This document shows, one piece after another, positions 32,035-54,361 of a stretch of 64,000 bases of DNA (position 1 is the stretch's first letter; every line of letters starts with the position of its first letter). Below the pieces are notes generated by a model, which saw only the letters and a program-made list of their open reading frames with translations, had not been told where the DNA came from and did no database searches. The position numbers and the translations under genes were made by a program. The stretch lies in the NCBI RefSeq assembly GCF_009914755.1, contig NC_060940.1; one strand, given 5' to 3'. This DNA comes from the human T2T-CHM13v2.0 reference genome, Homo sapiens.

Positions 32035-34353
32035 TAAATAAGCTTCTGTTTTTCTGGTCCTTTCTGTCTGAGATGACTTTAATTCCTCCCCCGACCCCAT
32101 CTCATGAGGCTCAGCTTAGATGTTTCCTTCTCTTCCTCCCTGATGGCTGCGTGCAGAAGCTCATACCTGCAATCCCAGCACTTTGGGAGGCCGAGGTGGG
32201 AGGATTGCTTGGGCCCAGGAGTTCTAGGCCAGCCTAGCAACACAGCAAGACCCTCTCTCTACAAAAAATTAAAAATTAGCCAGGTGTGGTGGCTTGTGCC
32301 TGTGGGCCCACCTACTCAGGAGGCTGAGGTGAGAGGATCTCTTGAGCCTGGGAGGTGGAGGCTGCAGTGAGCCATGATCTCACTCCAGCCTGGGCGTCAG
32401 AGTGAGACCTGTCTCAAAAAAACAAAAACCAAAGTTTTCCTTAACTTGCAATCCTCCACCCATCTCCTGACCTCCACCCCAGGCCGACCCTCCTCTGGGA
32501 TCACACGGAAGCCTGGGCCCAGAATCTTACAGTCTACCTTGGAAATCCTTCAGATTTTGCCTCCAACTCCTCTTTCCATACAAGTTACATATTAACTCAA
32601 TCAATGCTTATTGGATGCCTTCTGAGTTACCAGGATGCTGCTGGAGGCCTGTGCTGCTGAGAGGGACAAATAGAATCCTGATATGACTGGAACCAGGAAT
32701 AGGGCCACCATCAGCTCTAGAACCCAGGGAGCAAATGGCAGGAGCAACACCAGGCAGTCGGCCCTCAGCCCAGCACAGACCTGGTGTGTTGGCTTCAGAA
32801 AATCCTGGAAACATCTCTGCTGTGTTTGGAGCTCCTATTCTGTGAGAAGTGTTTTATAGGCTTTGCTCCATTTAATCCTTACGATAACCCAATAGGACAT
32901 ACTATTAATGATCCCCTTTTTTTCAGACCGGAAAACTGAGGTTCGGAGACATTAAGTAATTTGCCTAAAGTCACACAGCCACATCCTGTAGGACTTGGAA
33001 TTATGAACTCAGGTCTATCTGAATTTTAAAGCCTGGATTTTTCCCCCTTTGCTACATGCCTGGGAAGAACCATGTATTGACAATGAAGAATCCTAAACTC
33101 TCGTTAATTTCTGGTCAATTACTCCTCTGGGCCTGGGTTTCCTCACCTGTCAAATGGTGAGACTGGCCTCTCTTCTGTCAAAAGAGAAAATGAAGGCTGG
33201 GAAGCACTGTGTCCCTAGCTGGAATGGCCACTCCCTGTCCTGGGTCCTTTGACACCAGCCAGGAGTCCTCACACACTGCCCCTCCCTCCTGGCCTCTGAT
33301 TGGCCTTTCCTGGCCTCGCCCTCGCCTGGCACAGCCTCTGCCTGAGAGGCCTTTAAGTGGCTGTTCTGGGAATTAAGGCAATTCTTGGAATTGCAGAATT
33401 TTTGGATCCGAAAGGATCCTACCCAGACTCTTCCTCTTCTGTCTCCATCCCCTTTCCTAAACCCTTTCTTTTTCTTCTGGTTGCATGTCTGTTTCCCCAT
33501 TTTGGGGGGATCCCCCTGAGAACTAGAGAAATCACTGACCTCTGTCCTACCCCAGGGGCTTACAGAATTGGCCCTGTCAGGCTTCTGTAACTCAAAGGAC
33601 TCCCGACTCCTTGCAGAGAACTGAGAAACTCACCATGGGGTTGTCTGTCTGTTCTGCAAGCAACCTGATTCTCTTCCACCTTCCCCTTTCTCAAAGGCCA
33701 GCTCACAGATACAGGAGTACATTTTTAAATTTCAGAATCACCCTCAGTTTTCTCTTTTTTGAGACAGGGTTTCAGTCTATCACCCAGGCTGGGGTGGAGT
33801 GGTGCAATCACTGCAGCCTTGACCTCCTGGGCTAATTTTTAAATTTTTCGTAGAGATGAAGTCTCGCTGCTATGATGCCAAGGCTGGTTTCAAACTCCTG
33901 TCCTCAAGTGATCCTCCTGCCTCGGCCTTCCAAAAGTGGTGGGATTACAGGCATGAGCCACCGTGCCCAGCCCCAAAATTGATTTTTTAACTAAAATCCC
34001 CTAAAGTTAATGCTAATGACAGTAATAGTTCCAGCTACCACTATTGATAATCTACCTTAGGGTTTTCCCAACTTCATCTTTCCCATAGCACTTTTGTGAT
34101 TGATTTCTGCTGTCTATACATTCAAACTATACTATATATATTATGCTATATTTACTTAGCATTTAAAAACTACCTCCTGCCAGTCACAGTGGCTCACGCC
34201 TGTAATCCCAGCACTTTGGGAGGCCAAGGCGGGCAGATCACCTGAGATCAGGAGTTCGAAACCAGCCTGGCCAACGTGGGGAAACCCCATCTCTACTAAA
34301 AATACAAAAATCAGCCAGGCGCAGTGGTGGGTACCTGTAATCCCAGCTACTCA

Positions 34354-34476
<123 letters not shown>

Positions 34477-34571
34477 CTACCTCCTTATCCTTTTCACTCA
34501 AATATACTTAAAAAGGAAGCTACAGCATATAACCACCAACAATGGAAAACCATGGTCATATGTCATAATTA

Positions 34572-34862
<291 letters not shown>

Positions 34863-35069
34863 CTATCTCAAAAATAAATAAATAAATAAAATAAATTAAC
34901 TGTAAAGGCTGAGCATGGTGGCTCATGCCTGTAATCCCAGCACATTTGGAAGCTGAGGTGGGTGGATTACTTGAGGTCAGGAGTTTGAGACCAGCATGGT
35001 GAAACCCCATCTCTACTAAAAATACAAAAATTAGCTGGGTGTGATGGCACACCCCTGTAATCCCAGCTA

Positions 35070-35273
<204 letters not shown>

Positions 35274-35276
35274 CTA

Positions 35277-35414
<138 letters not shown>

Positions 35415-35564
35415 TTAACTAAAACTTTTTTTAAAGTTCATCCAGCCAGGCGCGGTGGCTCATGCCTGTAATCTCAGCACTTTGGGAGGCTGAGGCAGGC
35501 GGATCACCTGAGTTCGGGAGTTTGAGACCAGCCTGACCAACATGGAGAACCCTTGTCCCTACTA

Positions 35565-35690
<126 letters not shown>

Positions 35691-35807
35691 CTAGAGGGAA
35701 ACTGCATCTCAAAAAAAAAAAAAAAAGGCCAGGCACGGCGGCTCACACCTGTAATCCCAGCACTTTGGGAGGTCGAGGTGGGTGGATCACCTGAGGTCAG
35801 GGGTTCA

Positions 35808-36759
<952 letters not shown>

Positions 36760-37727
36760 CGGTGAAAGGTGAATAGGAGAAACTCCACCTTGGTTTGTAT
36801 ATAAAAATATTATCCAGGATGGTGGCTCACGCCTGTAATCCCAGCACTTCGGGAGGCCAAGGCGGGCAGATCACCTGAGGTCAGGAGTTCAAGACCAGCT
36901 TCGTCAACATAGCGAAACCCCGTCTCTACTAAAAATACAAAAATTAGCCAGGCTTGGTGGCTCGTGCCTATAATCACAGCTACTAGGGAGGCTGATGCAC
37001 AAGAATTGCTTGAACCCAGGAGGCAAAGGTTGCACTGAGCCGAGAACACTCCACTGCACTCCACTGAGCCACTGCACTCCAGCCTGGGAGTGAGACTGCC
37101 TAAAAAAAAAAAAAATCTAGCCACAGCCATTATTATCACACTGGATATTTACCAAAGCCTGCACTAGGGAAAAACACCTGGGTCACGGGTTCACTGCTGG
37201 TTGGAGGCTGAGCCAAGAGCAAACTAAGTGTGCTGATACCCATGCCCCTGATTTCTAGGGAGTTCTGTGGCCTTCAGGGAGTCCCAAGGGAGCAAGATTA
37301 GAGCACCCAGTCCCTGAGTGCCCTGCTATCAGCGGCCTTGACAGAGGCGATCTCTCCTTGGTGGCTGGAATCAGCATCCAGGGCTCTGTCAACTATTAGA
37401 GAAACATTTTATTCTTTTTGTAAAACAAAAGTTCTCTTTTCTTTTCTGATTACAAAAGAAGTTATTGCTGTGGAATCGCAAGATAATCCCCATCCTCTGG
37501 TCTGTCTGTCCTTTGTTCCCATGACTGAACTCCAACTTTTGCAAAACACTTACTTTTATTTTATGTTTTATTCTAGAGACAGGCTCTTGCTCTGCTGCCC
37601 AGGCTGGAGTGCAGTGGTGTAATCTCGGCTCACTGAAGCTTTGACCTCCAGGGTCTCAAGTGATCCTCCCACCTCAGCCTCCTGAGTAGCTGGGACTACA
37701 GGCACACGTCACCACACCCTAATTTTT

Positions 37728-37824
37728 GTATACACACACACACATATATATACGTATATATATGTGTGCGTATATGTGTGTGTGTGTATATATATATAGT
37801 GTGTGTGTGTGTGTGTGTGTGTGT
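37728..37824. repeat. (CA)n(TA)n(TG)n microsatellite in an Alu middle A-rich linker
   Basis: Directly visible. Confidence 0.92.
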
Positions 37825-37826
37825 AG

Positions 37827-37970
<144 letters not shown>

Positions 37971-38065
37971 TAAAATTAATGTTTCTTTGTCAGCACTTCA
38001 TGGAATCAGTACTTCATGGAATTCTCATATCAGCTTTGTATCCTGTTCTCTTTTCTGGAAACTAG

Positions 38066-38313
<248 letters not shown>

Positions 38314-38977
38314 TGATCTGCCTGCCTCAGCCTCCCAAAGTGGGATTACAGGCATGAGCCACCGCGCCTGGCCAGAAAGGTTCATTTCTTTAACTGTTTG
38401 GGGAAATATCATTTATTCCCTCGACAAATACTTTCTGAGTACCTACCATATGCCAGGGAATAGTCTAAAACTGCAGACACCACGGTAACTAGACATACTG
38501 TCCTTTCCTCATGGAATTTACCTTCCAGTGGGGGCAGAAAAACAATTATAAGTGAACAAACAAATAAGAATTTCAGCAATGCTTCACTGAGGAGGCATTT
38601 AAGCAAAGGCCAGAAGGAAGTTTCAGTCATGCTGAAATTCCTGTTTGTTTCCTTAAGAGCAGGTTATTACCATCTGGCATGCTATGTATTTTACTTATTT
38701 ATTTATTGGCTGATTTTTTCACCATTGTCTCCTCAGTGCCTGAACATAGTAGGTGCTTAATAAATATTTATGGACTAATAACACTTTGAAGAAAATAAGC
38801 AGAGCCAGGCGTGGTGGCTCACACTTGTAGTCCCAGCACTTTGGGAGCCTGTGGTGGGAGGATTGCTTGAGGCCAGGAGTTTGAGACCAGCCTGGATAAT
38901 ATGGTGAAACTCCGCCTCTACAAAAAAAAAAAAAAAAGAAAATTATCCACGTATGGTGTCACGCACCTGTAGTCTCA

Positions 38978-39106
<129 letters not shown>

Positions 39107-39722
39107 CTATCTCTAAAAGAAAAACACCAAAAACCAAAAAAGAGGGCGAGAGAGGGAAACAAAGCCAGACAGCAGTTAAAGTCACAAGGACAGATCTTAA
39201 TCTGTAATATACTGTTGCAATAGGGAACAGAGTCCAGTGTGAACTGAACTCCTATTTGTACAGAGAATGAGGGAATGGGAGTGGGGGTGAGGAGCAGGGG
39301 TTCAGTAAAGTCAAGGCAGTGAAAAATTACAAAACACATGAAGAGGGGAGGGGTTGGCCCAGGTGAAACCCATCTGGGCTTGCTAACTGGTGCTTATCAA
39401 CAGCGATGTTGAGCTCTTACTCTCCCACAGGAGCTGGGAGATGGGGCCCTATCCTCAGGTGTTGGCTGGAACAAACAGTAAGTTCTTTTGGCAGGCTTGA
39501 GTTTTCTCAGGCAGGCACTTTTAGAGGGTCATTCCAGGGATGAGACCTTGAGCTATTAGAAACTATGTCGGTGTTTGGCAGGGCACAGTGGCTCATGCCT
39601 GTAATCCCAGAACTTAGGGAGGCCAAGATGGGCAGATTGCTTGAGCCCAGGAGTTCGAGACCAGGCTGGCAACATGGTGAAACCCCGTCTCTACAAAAAA
39701 TGCAAAAATTAGCCAGTCTCAT

Positions 39723-40051
39723 TGTAGCAGGACGAGCCACAGACAAAACTCCTCAGACACTGGATTAAAGAAGGAAGAGGTTTATTCAGCCAGGAGTGTC
39801 GGCAGACTTGCGTCTTAAGAGCCGAGCTCCCTGAAAAAGAAATTCTTGGCCTTTTTAAAGGCTTACAACTCTAAGGGGTCCACGTGAAAAGGTCGTGATA
39901 AATCGAGCAAGCGGGGAACGTGACTGGGGGCTACATGTATCAGCTAACAGAACAGAAAGCTTTGCAATGCTTTTTCATACAATGTCTGGAATTTACGGAT
40001 AGCACAAGTAGTTTAGGTCAGGGGTTGATGTTATTATTATTACTTTTTTAA
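39723..40051 (-). mobile_element. Inverted partial LTR2B (3' part of U3, R, U5; 329 bp)
   Basis: Reverse complement of 40216-40544 with 10 substitutions by manual comparison. Confidence 0.93.
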
Positions 40052-40061
40052 TAAGGGGGAA

Positions 40062-40544
40062 TAAGGAAGGAGACCACTACTACTCCTGCTGTCCTTCTCC
40101 CCCCACCTTGCCTAGTTTACAAGACAGGAGGAAAGAAAAAAAGCAAAAAGTTAAAAAGAAACAAAAGTAAGATAAATAGCCAGACAAACTTGGCACCACC
40201 ACCCGGCCCTAGGAGTTAAAAAAGTAATAACAATAACATCAACCCCTGACCTAAACTACTTGTGCTATCTGTAAATTCCAGACATTGTATGAAAAAGCAT
40301 TGCAAAGCTTTCTGTTCTGTTAGCTGATACATGTAGCCCCCAGTCACGTTCCCCGCTTGCTCGATTTATCACGACCTTTTCACGTGGACCCCTTAGAGTT
40401 GTAAGCCTTTAAAAAGGCCAAGAATTTCTTTTTCAGGGAGCTCGGCTCTTAAGACGCAAGTCTGCTGACGCTCCCAGCCGAATAAACCTCTTCCTTCTTT
40501 AATCCGGTGTCTGATGAGTTTTGTCTGTGGCTTGTCCTGCTACA
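40062..40544 (+). mobile_element. Full-length LTR2B (HERV-E/Harlequin-type LTR), preceded by a polypurine tract
   Basis: Starts TAAGGAAGGAGACCACTACTACTCC, has AATAAA at 40481, ends GTCCTGCTACA. AAGGGGGAA (40053-40061) lies immediately upstream. Confidence 0.9.
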
Positions 40545-40670
40545 TCATAACCTGGCCCCAAAATAAAAATACAAAAAAAACTATGTTGGTGTCTGGCTAG
40601 CTTGGCCAAGGAGGGAATCTTTGTCAGATGACCAGGAAAGGCCTCCTAGAGGATCAGCCATCAGTGAGGA

Positions 40671-44215
<3,545 letters not shown>

Positions 44216-44355
44216 ATCTCCTCATAAGAATGACTCTCTCCTTACCCAGAGCTTATACCCTTTGCACCTCTTGCTACAGTCCCACCTATTTTAGGGTAGT
44301 TTGTGTCTATATCTGCTTCCCCTTGTTTTATTTTGTTTTGTTTTGTTTGAGATAG

Positions 44356-44454
<99 letters not shown>

Positions 44455-45283
44455 TGAGTAGCTGTCACTACAGGCATGCACCACCACGTCCAGCTAATTT
44501 TTTGTATTTTTAGTAGAAACAGGGTTTTGCTATGTTGGCCAGGCTGGTCTTGAACTCCGGCCTCAAGGGATTCGCTCACCTTGGCCTCCCAAAGTGCTGG
44601 GATTACAGGCGTGAGGCACCGCGCCTGCCTGCTTCCTCTTTAAATGAGAACAGAGTGACGGGGGTGGTCGATATAACTTTGCTGCTGCTATTTGAGTTAG
44701 CTGGGCCTGCTCTATTCTCCTTCAGTACCAAGTGGGACTGTAGTCTTCTGAGGCTCAGACCAGCAACGATGGTGGTGAAGACGTTGATGTCCTGACCAAC
44801 TAGCTCTGCATGGCAGACGCCTGGTGAGCAGGAACAGTTTACCCACAAGCTGCATCACCTGCAGAGGTGGGTGTGAGCCAGGATGAGGGTCAAAGAAGTG
44901 CACTGGGGAAGCTTGATGTGGCTGTGACCTCTGACCCCTGCCCCACCTCCCTTTCTGACAGCTAGGTTCTAAGAACGTCCTGACATTTACTGAGAAAGCT
45001 TGGAATGCATATTCCTACCCCTGAATTACCAGAGCAATAGGAGAATTAGGGGAACGGCTATGAGATTTCTGGTGGGGAATGCGTGGAGTCCCAGGCGGTT
45101 GGGAGACTTCCTGACTCCCACACCTTTTCTTTCACCCTGTCATTTATATTTATTTATTCATTATTTTTGTTTTGTTTTGTTTTGTTGTATTTTTTTGAGA
45201 TGGAGTCTTGCTCTGTTGCCCAGGTCAGAGTGCAGTGGCATGATCTTGACTCACTGCAACCTCCACCTCCTGTGTTCAAGTGA

Positions 45284-46043
<760 letters not shown>

Positions 46044-46046
46044 TGA

Positions 46047-46235
<189 letters not shown>

Positions 46236-46601
46236 TGAGCCAGGCTGCTTTGGTTCAAGTTTCAGTTCTGGGCTGGGTGCGGTGGCTCGCGCCTGTAATC
46301 TTAGCACTTTGGGTGGCCAAGGCAGGCAGATCACCTGAAGTCAGGAGTTCAAGACCAGCCTGGCCAACATGGTGAAACCCCATCTCTACTAAAAAAAAAA
46401 AAATACAAAAATTAGCTGGGCGTAGTGACGGGTGCCTGTAATCCCAGCTACTCGGGAGGCTAAGGCAGGGAGAATTGTTTGAACCCGGGAGGTGGAGGTT
46501 TCAATGAGCCGAGACCACGCCACTGAACTGCAGTCTGGGCAACAAAGCGAGACTGTGTCTCAAAAAAAAAAAAAAAAAAGTTGACCGGGCGTGGTGGCTC
46601 A

Positions 46602-46913
<312 letters not shown>

Positions 46914-47079
46914 TCACGCTGGTAATCCCAGCACTTTGGGAGGCCAAGGAGGGTGGATCACTTGAGCCCAGGGGTTCAAGACCAGCCTGGGCAACAGTGA
47001 GACCCCATCTCTATAAAAAAAAATTTCAGTTCTGTCACTTGTTTAATCTCAGTTTCTTCATCTGTAAAATAGATTGTCT

Positions 47080-48076
<997 letters not shown>

Positions 48077-48204
48077 TACATGAGTTTTGCATGTAAAGCT
48101 GCTAGAAGAGTGTCTGGCATACAGGGGAGGGTCAGTAAATGCTGGCTGCCACACCAGGCAGCATCATATAGTAGTTAAGAAAGCTGGCCAGGCGTGGTGG
48201 CTCA

Positions 48205-48534
<330 letters not shown>

Positions 48535-48745
48535 TCACTTAACCTCTCTGGGCCTGTTTCATCTTTTGTATAAAATGAACATAACCAGCCCCAGCCCTGG
48601 CCCCAGCCCCAGCTTCAGCCTCAGGAAACAATAAAATAATACAATAAAACATAGTACAATAAAATACAATTAATAAAATATTTTAAAAACATGAACAATA
48701 ATATTACTTGTAGGTAAAACATGCAATAACCTAGATAATAGATAA

Positions 48746-49090
<345 letters not shown>

Positions 49091-49381
49091 TAAGCCAATA
49101 GTTGAGAAGTGCCTGGCACATATAAGCATCTGATTCTATTTTAGTGGTTATTTTATTTTATTCAATATAAACACACAGAGCTTTGTATCAGCTTCATTTA
49201 CCTCTGTATCTCCAATGCCTAGAACAATGGCTGGGGCGTACTGACTTGGTGCTCAGTAAATATTGGCTGAAATATTGACACTTTTTTTAAATCTAAATTG
49301 CCCTTGCTGCTGGCTTCTGACACAAGACTCTTTCCACAGTAATATACTGTTTGACTTTGTCATTTTTTTTTTTTTAAATGA

Positions 49382-49671
<290 letters not shown>

Positions 49672-49689
49672 TGATTTCTTTATCTAGTG

Positions 49690-49720
<31 letters not shown>

Positions 49721-50205
49721 GGAGACAGAGTCTTGCTGAGTCGCCCAGGCTAGAGTGTAGTGGTGCAATCTCGGCTTACTGCAACCTCCGCCTCCCAGTT
49801 CAAGCTATTCTCATGCCTCAGCCTCCTGAGTAGCTGGAATTACAGGTGCCCACTATACCTAGCTAATTGTTTTTATATTTTTAGTAGAGACAGGGCTTCA
49901 CTATGTTAGCCAGGCTGGTCTTGAACTCCTGGCCTCAAGCAATCTGCCTGCCTTGGCCTCCCAAAGTGCTGGGATTACAGGCATGAGCACTGTGTTCAGC
50001 CTATCTAGTCTGATTTTTAACATTAGAAAATTAATTTGGAAGAGTAGATCAAAATGGGGGGAACATGTGGTGCAAGTGGCAGAAACAGATCGAACTGACT
50101 TAACAAAAACTCAGGATTGACTCATGAAACTGAACATTTCAGAAGTAATTGCTTCAGAAATGGTTGGATCTAGGAGCTCAAAGTAAATAATAATCAAGAT
50201 TCTTA

Positions 50206-50439
<234 letters not shown>

Positions 50440-52227
50440 CTACAAAAAATAAAACATTTAGCCTGGCATGGTGGTGCATGCCTGTGGACCTAGCTACTGG
50501 AGAGGCTAAGGCGGAAGGATCACTGGAGCACAGCAGGTCGAGGCTGTGCCACTGCACTCCAGCCTGGGTGACAGAGCAAAACCCTGTCTCAAGAAAGAGA
50601 AAAGGAACATGGAGCCATGGGAATTAGGGAGTGAGTCCTGCAGGCAGCCTGTTGGGACCCCAAACCAGAACTGAGGCAGAGGAAGCAAGGTAGGGGGGCA
50701 GCAGAAACATATATGGTTCATAGATTTTTTTTTTTTTTTCAGACGGAGTCTCACCTGTCACCCAGACTGGAGTGCGGTGGTGGGATCTTGGCTCAAAGCA
50801 ACCTCCGACTCCCGGGTTCAAGTGATTCTCCTGCCTCAGCCTCTTGAGTAGCTGGGATTACAGGCATGAGACACCACACCCGGCTAATTTTTGTATTTTT
50901 GATAGAGACAGGGTTTCGCCATGTTGGCCAGGCTGGCCTCGAACTCCTGACCTCAAATGATCCACCCTCCTCGACCTCCCAAAGTGCTGGGATTGCAGGC
51001 ATGAGCCACCGCATCCGGCCCGTAGATTCTTTTGTACAAATCAACCAATACATAAAAATATGAGCAGCGAGTGGACATGTGTTCCAGGTGTGTCCTCTTT
51101 CTGAGGAGTAAACGGTGCACTCGCCTGGGCAGTGGACAGGACATGACAGTCAGGAGTGACTGAGCCCCCATGGAGGCAGCCAGCTGAGGGTGCTGGGACA
51201 GGAATGGGGTCCCATATTAGCCTGGGAGCTGGGGGCCACTGGAGGACCAGGCGTGTCGGCCCAGGGTCTGCCTCCCCTCTCAGACCCTGGGCAGGGCCTG
51301 TCCTGGGGCTCAGTATGTCTGCGTCCTCATCCCAGGGAGGCTGATGAGCCGGCCAGAGGTGCCTGCCGCTGTGCAAGGAGAGGGCTCTGAATACAAGCAG
51401 CACTTGGGGTAGAGCCCACCCCACCAAGCTGGCCTGGGACCTGAGTCCCACCCAGTGGTCCTCGCCTCTGAGGCTGCGCACACCCTGGCCCAGGGCCTGA
51501 CTGGCCAGGCCCCTGAGATTTCTGCCTCTGGCCTGAACTCTGCTCTGACTTATGACTCCATCCTCTTCTCCCTGCATGGCTCTCCTTTGCCTTTTTTTGC
51601 AGGGGGAGCGGGGAGACAGAGTCTCATTCTGTCACCGAGTCTGGAGTGCAGGAGTGTAATCATAGCTCACTGCAGCCTCGAACTCACAGGCTCAAGCAAT
51701 CCTCTCACTTCAGCCTCCCGAGTAGCTAGGACCACAGGTATGTGCCACCAACCCAGCTAATTCTTTTTTTCCCTTGCATTTCTTTATGACAACTGATGTG
51801 TCTGGAGACCTTCCTGTGGGTCAGGCCTTGTGCTACTAATAACAGCTAAAACCTGTGAGTCTTACCACAGGCCAGGCCCTGTTCTAAGTGCTTTACACAC
51901 AGTAACTCACTGAATCCTTTAAGCAGTTGTATGCATTTGTATTATTTCCCTCACGTTCTAGATGATGAAACTGAGGCACAGAGAAGTTGAGTAACTTGTC
52001 TGAGATCGCAGAGCTCTTCGGTGGCAGGGCTGTTTTAGATGCATAGTGGTCACGGCAAGTCCTCTCCAGCTGCCATAAGCATCGTCCTCAACTGGCAGTT
52101 GAGCCAACAAACACAGAGAGGCTTCAGGCCTTGATCAAGGTCACACACTGGGAAGTGCTGGAGCTCTGAAGGGAGGGGCGGAGGTCTGTCTGGCTCCCAA
52201 CTCAGCTGGGGGGGCTTGGACACATGA

Positions 52228-52611
<384 letters not shown>

Positions 52612-52925
52612 TAGAGTGTGTGGCCATCTTGCCCAAGCAGGCACACACAGGAAGTGGCAGAGCCCAGCCAGTAATTGAACTGGGACTTTTCATGCGCAGA
52701 CTGGTGATTTTCCTCTGCAGCCCCTGCCTCCTGCAAGCTCTTCCTTCTCTGAACTCAACAGCCCTGGCTTCTCACCTTCCCACACCCTCAGAACTCAGTC
52801 TTCCCAGGCCTGCATTCACATGTCATTTATGTCTGGGAAGAGTGGCCCCTCAATCTCTTCCTCTCAGCCCTCCCCAGGTGCCTGCCATGGCTGCAAGAGT
52901 ATGGGGGTACCCAGCATCCCCCTTA

Positions 52926-53669
<744 letters not shown>

Positions 53670-54063
53670 TCACCGAGGGGTTAGTTCCAGGCCTTGCAGC
53701 TGACATCATGGAGTGCAGGGATTCCCCGCACTGGCCCACGCTGAAGATAGGGGACTTGAGTTCCAGTCTTCCTTCTGCTACCGACCGGCTTTGTGACCTT
53801 GAACAAGACTTCCCCTCCCTGATTCCATCCTCATGTCACATCTGAAGCCTCCAACTTCTGTCACTGAGCTCAGGATTCCCAGGCAAGCCCACGGAGTGCC
53901 CCACAGGGTCAGAGCCGTAACAGGACTTGGAAAATAACCCGAAAATTGGTGCATGGTTCTTTTCTTTTCTTCTCTCTTTTTTTTTTTCGGGTTTTAATTT
54001 CCCTATGTAATAATAATGATTTGCTATCACTTTTCTTTTTTATTTATTTCTTATTTTATTTAG

Positions 54064-54361
<298 letters not shown>

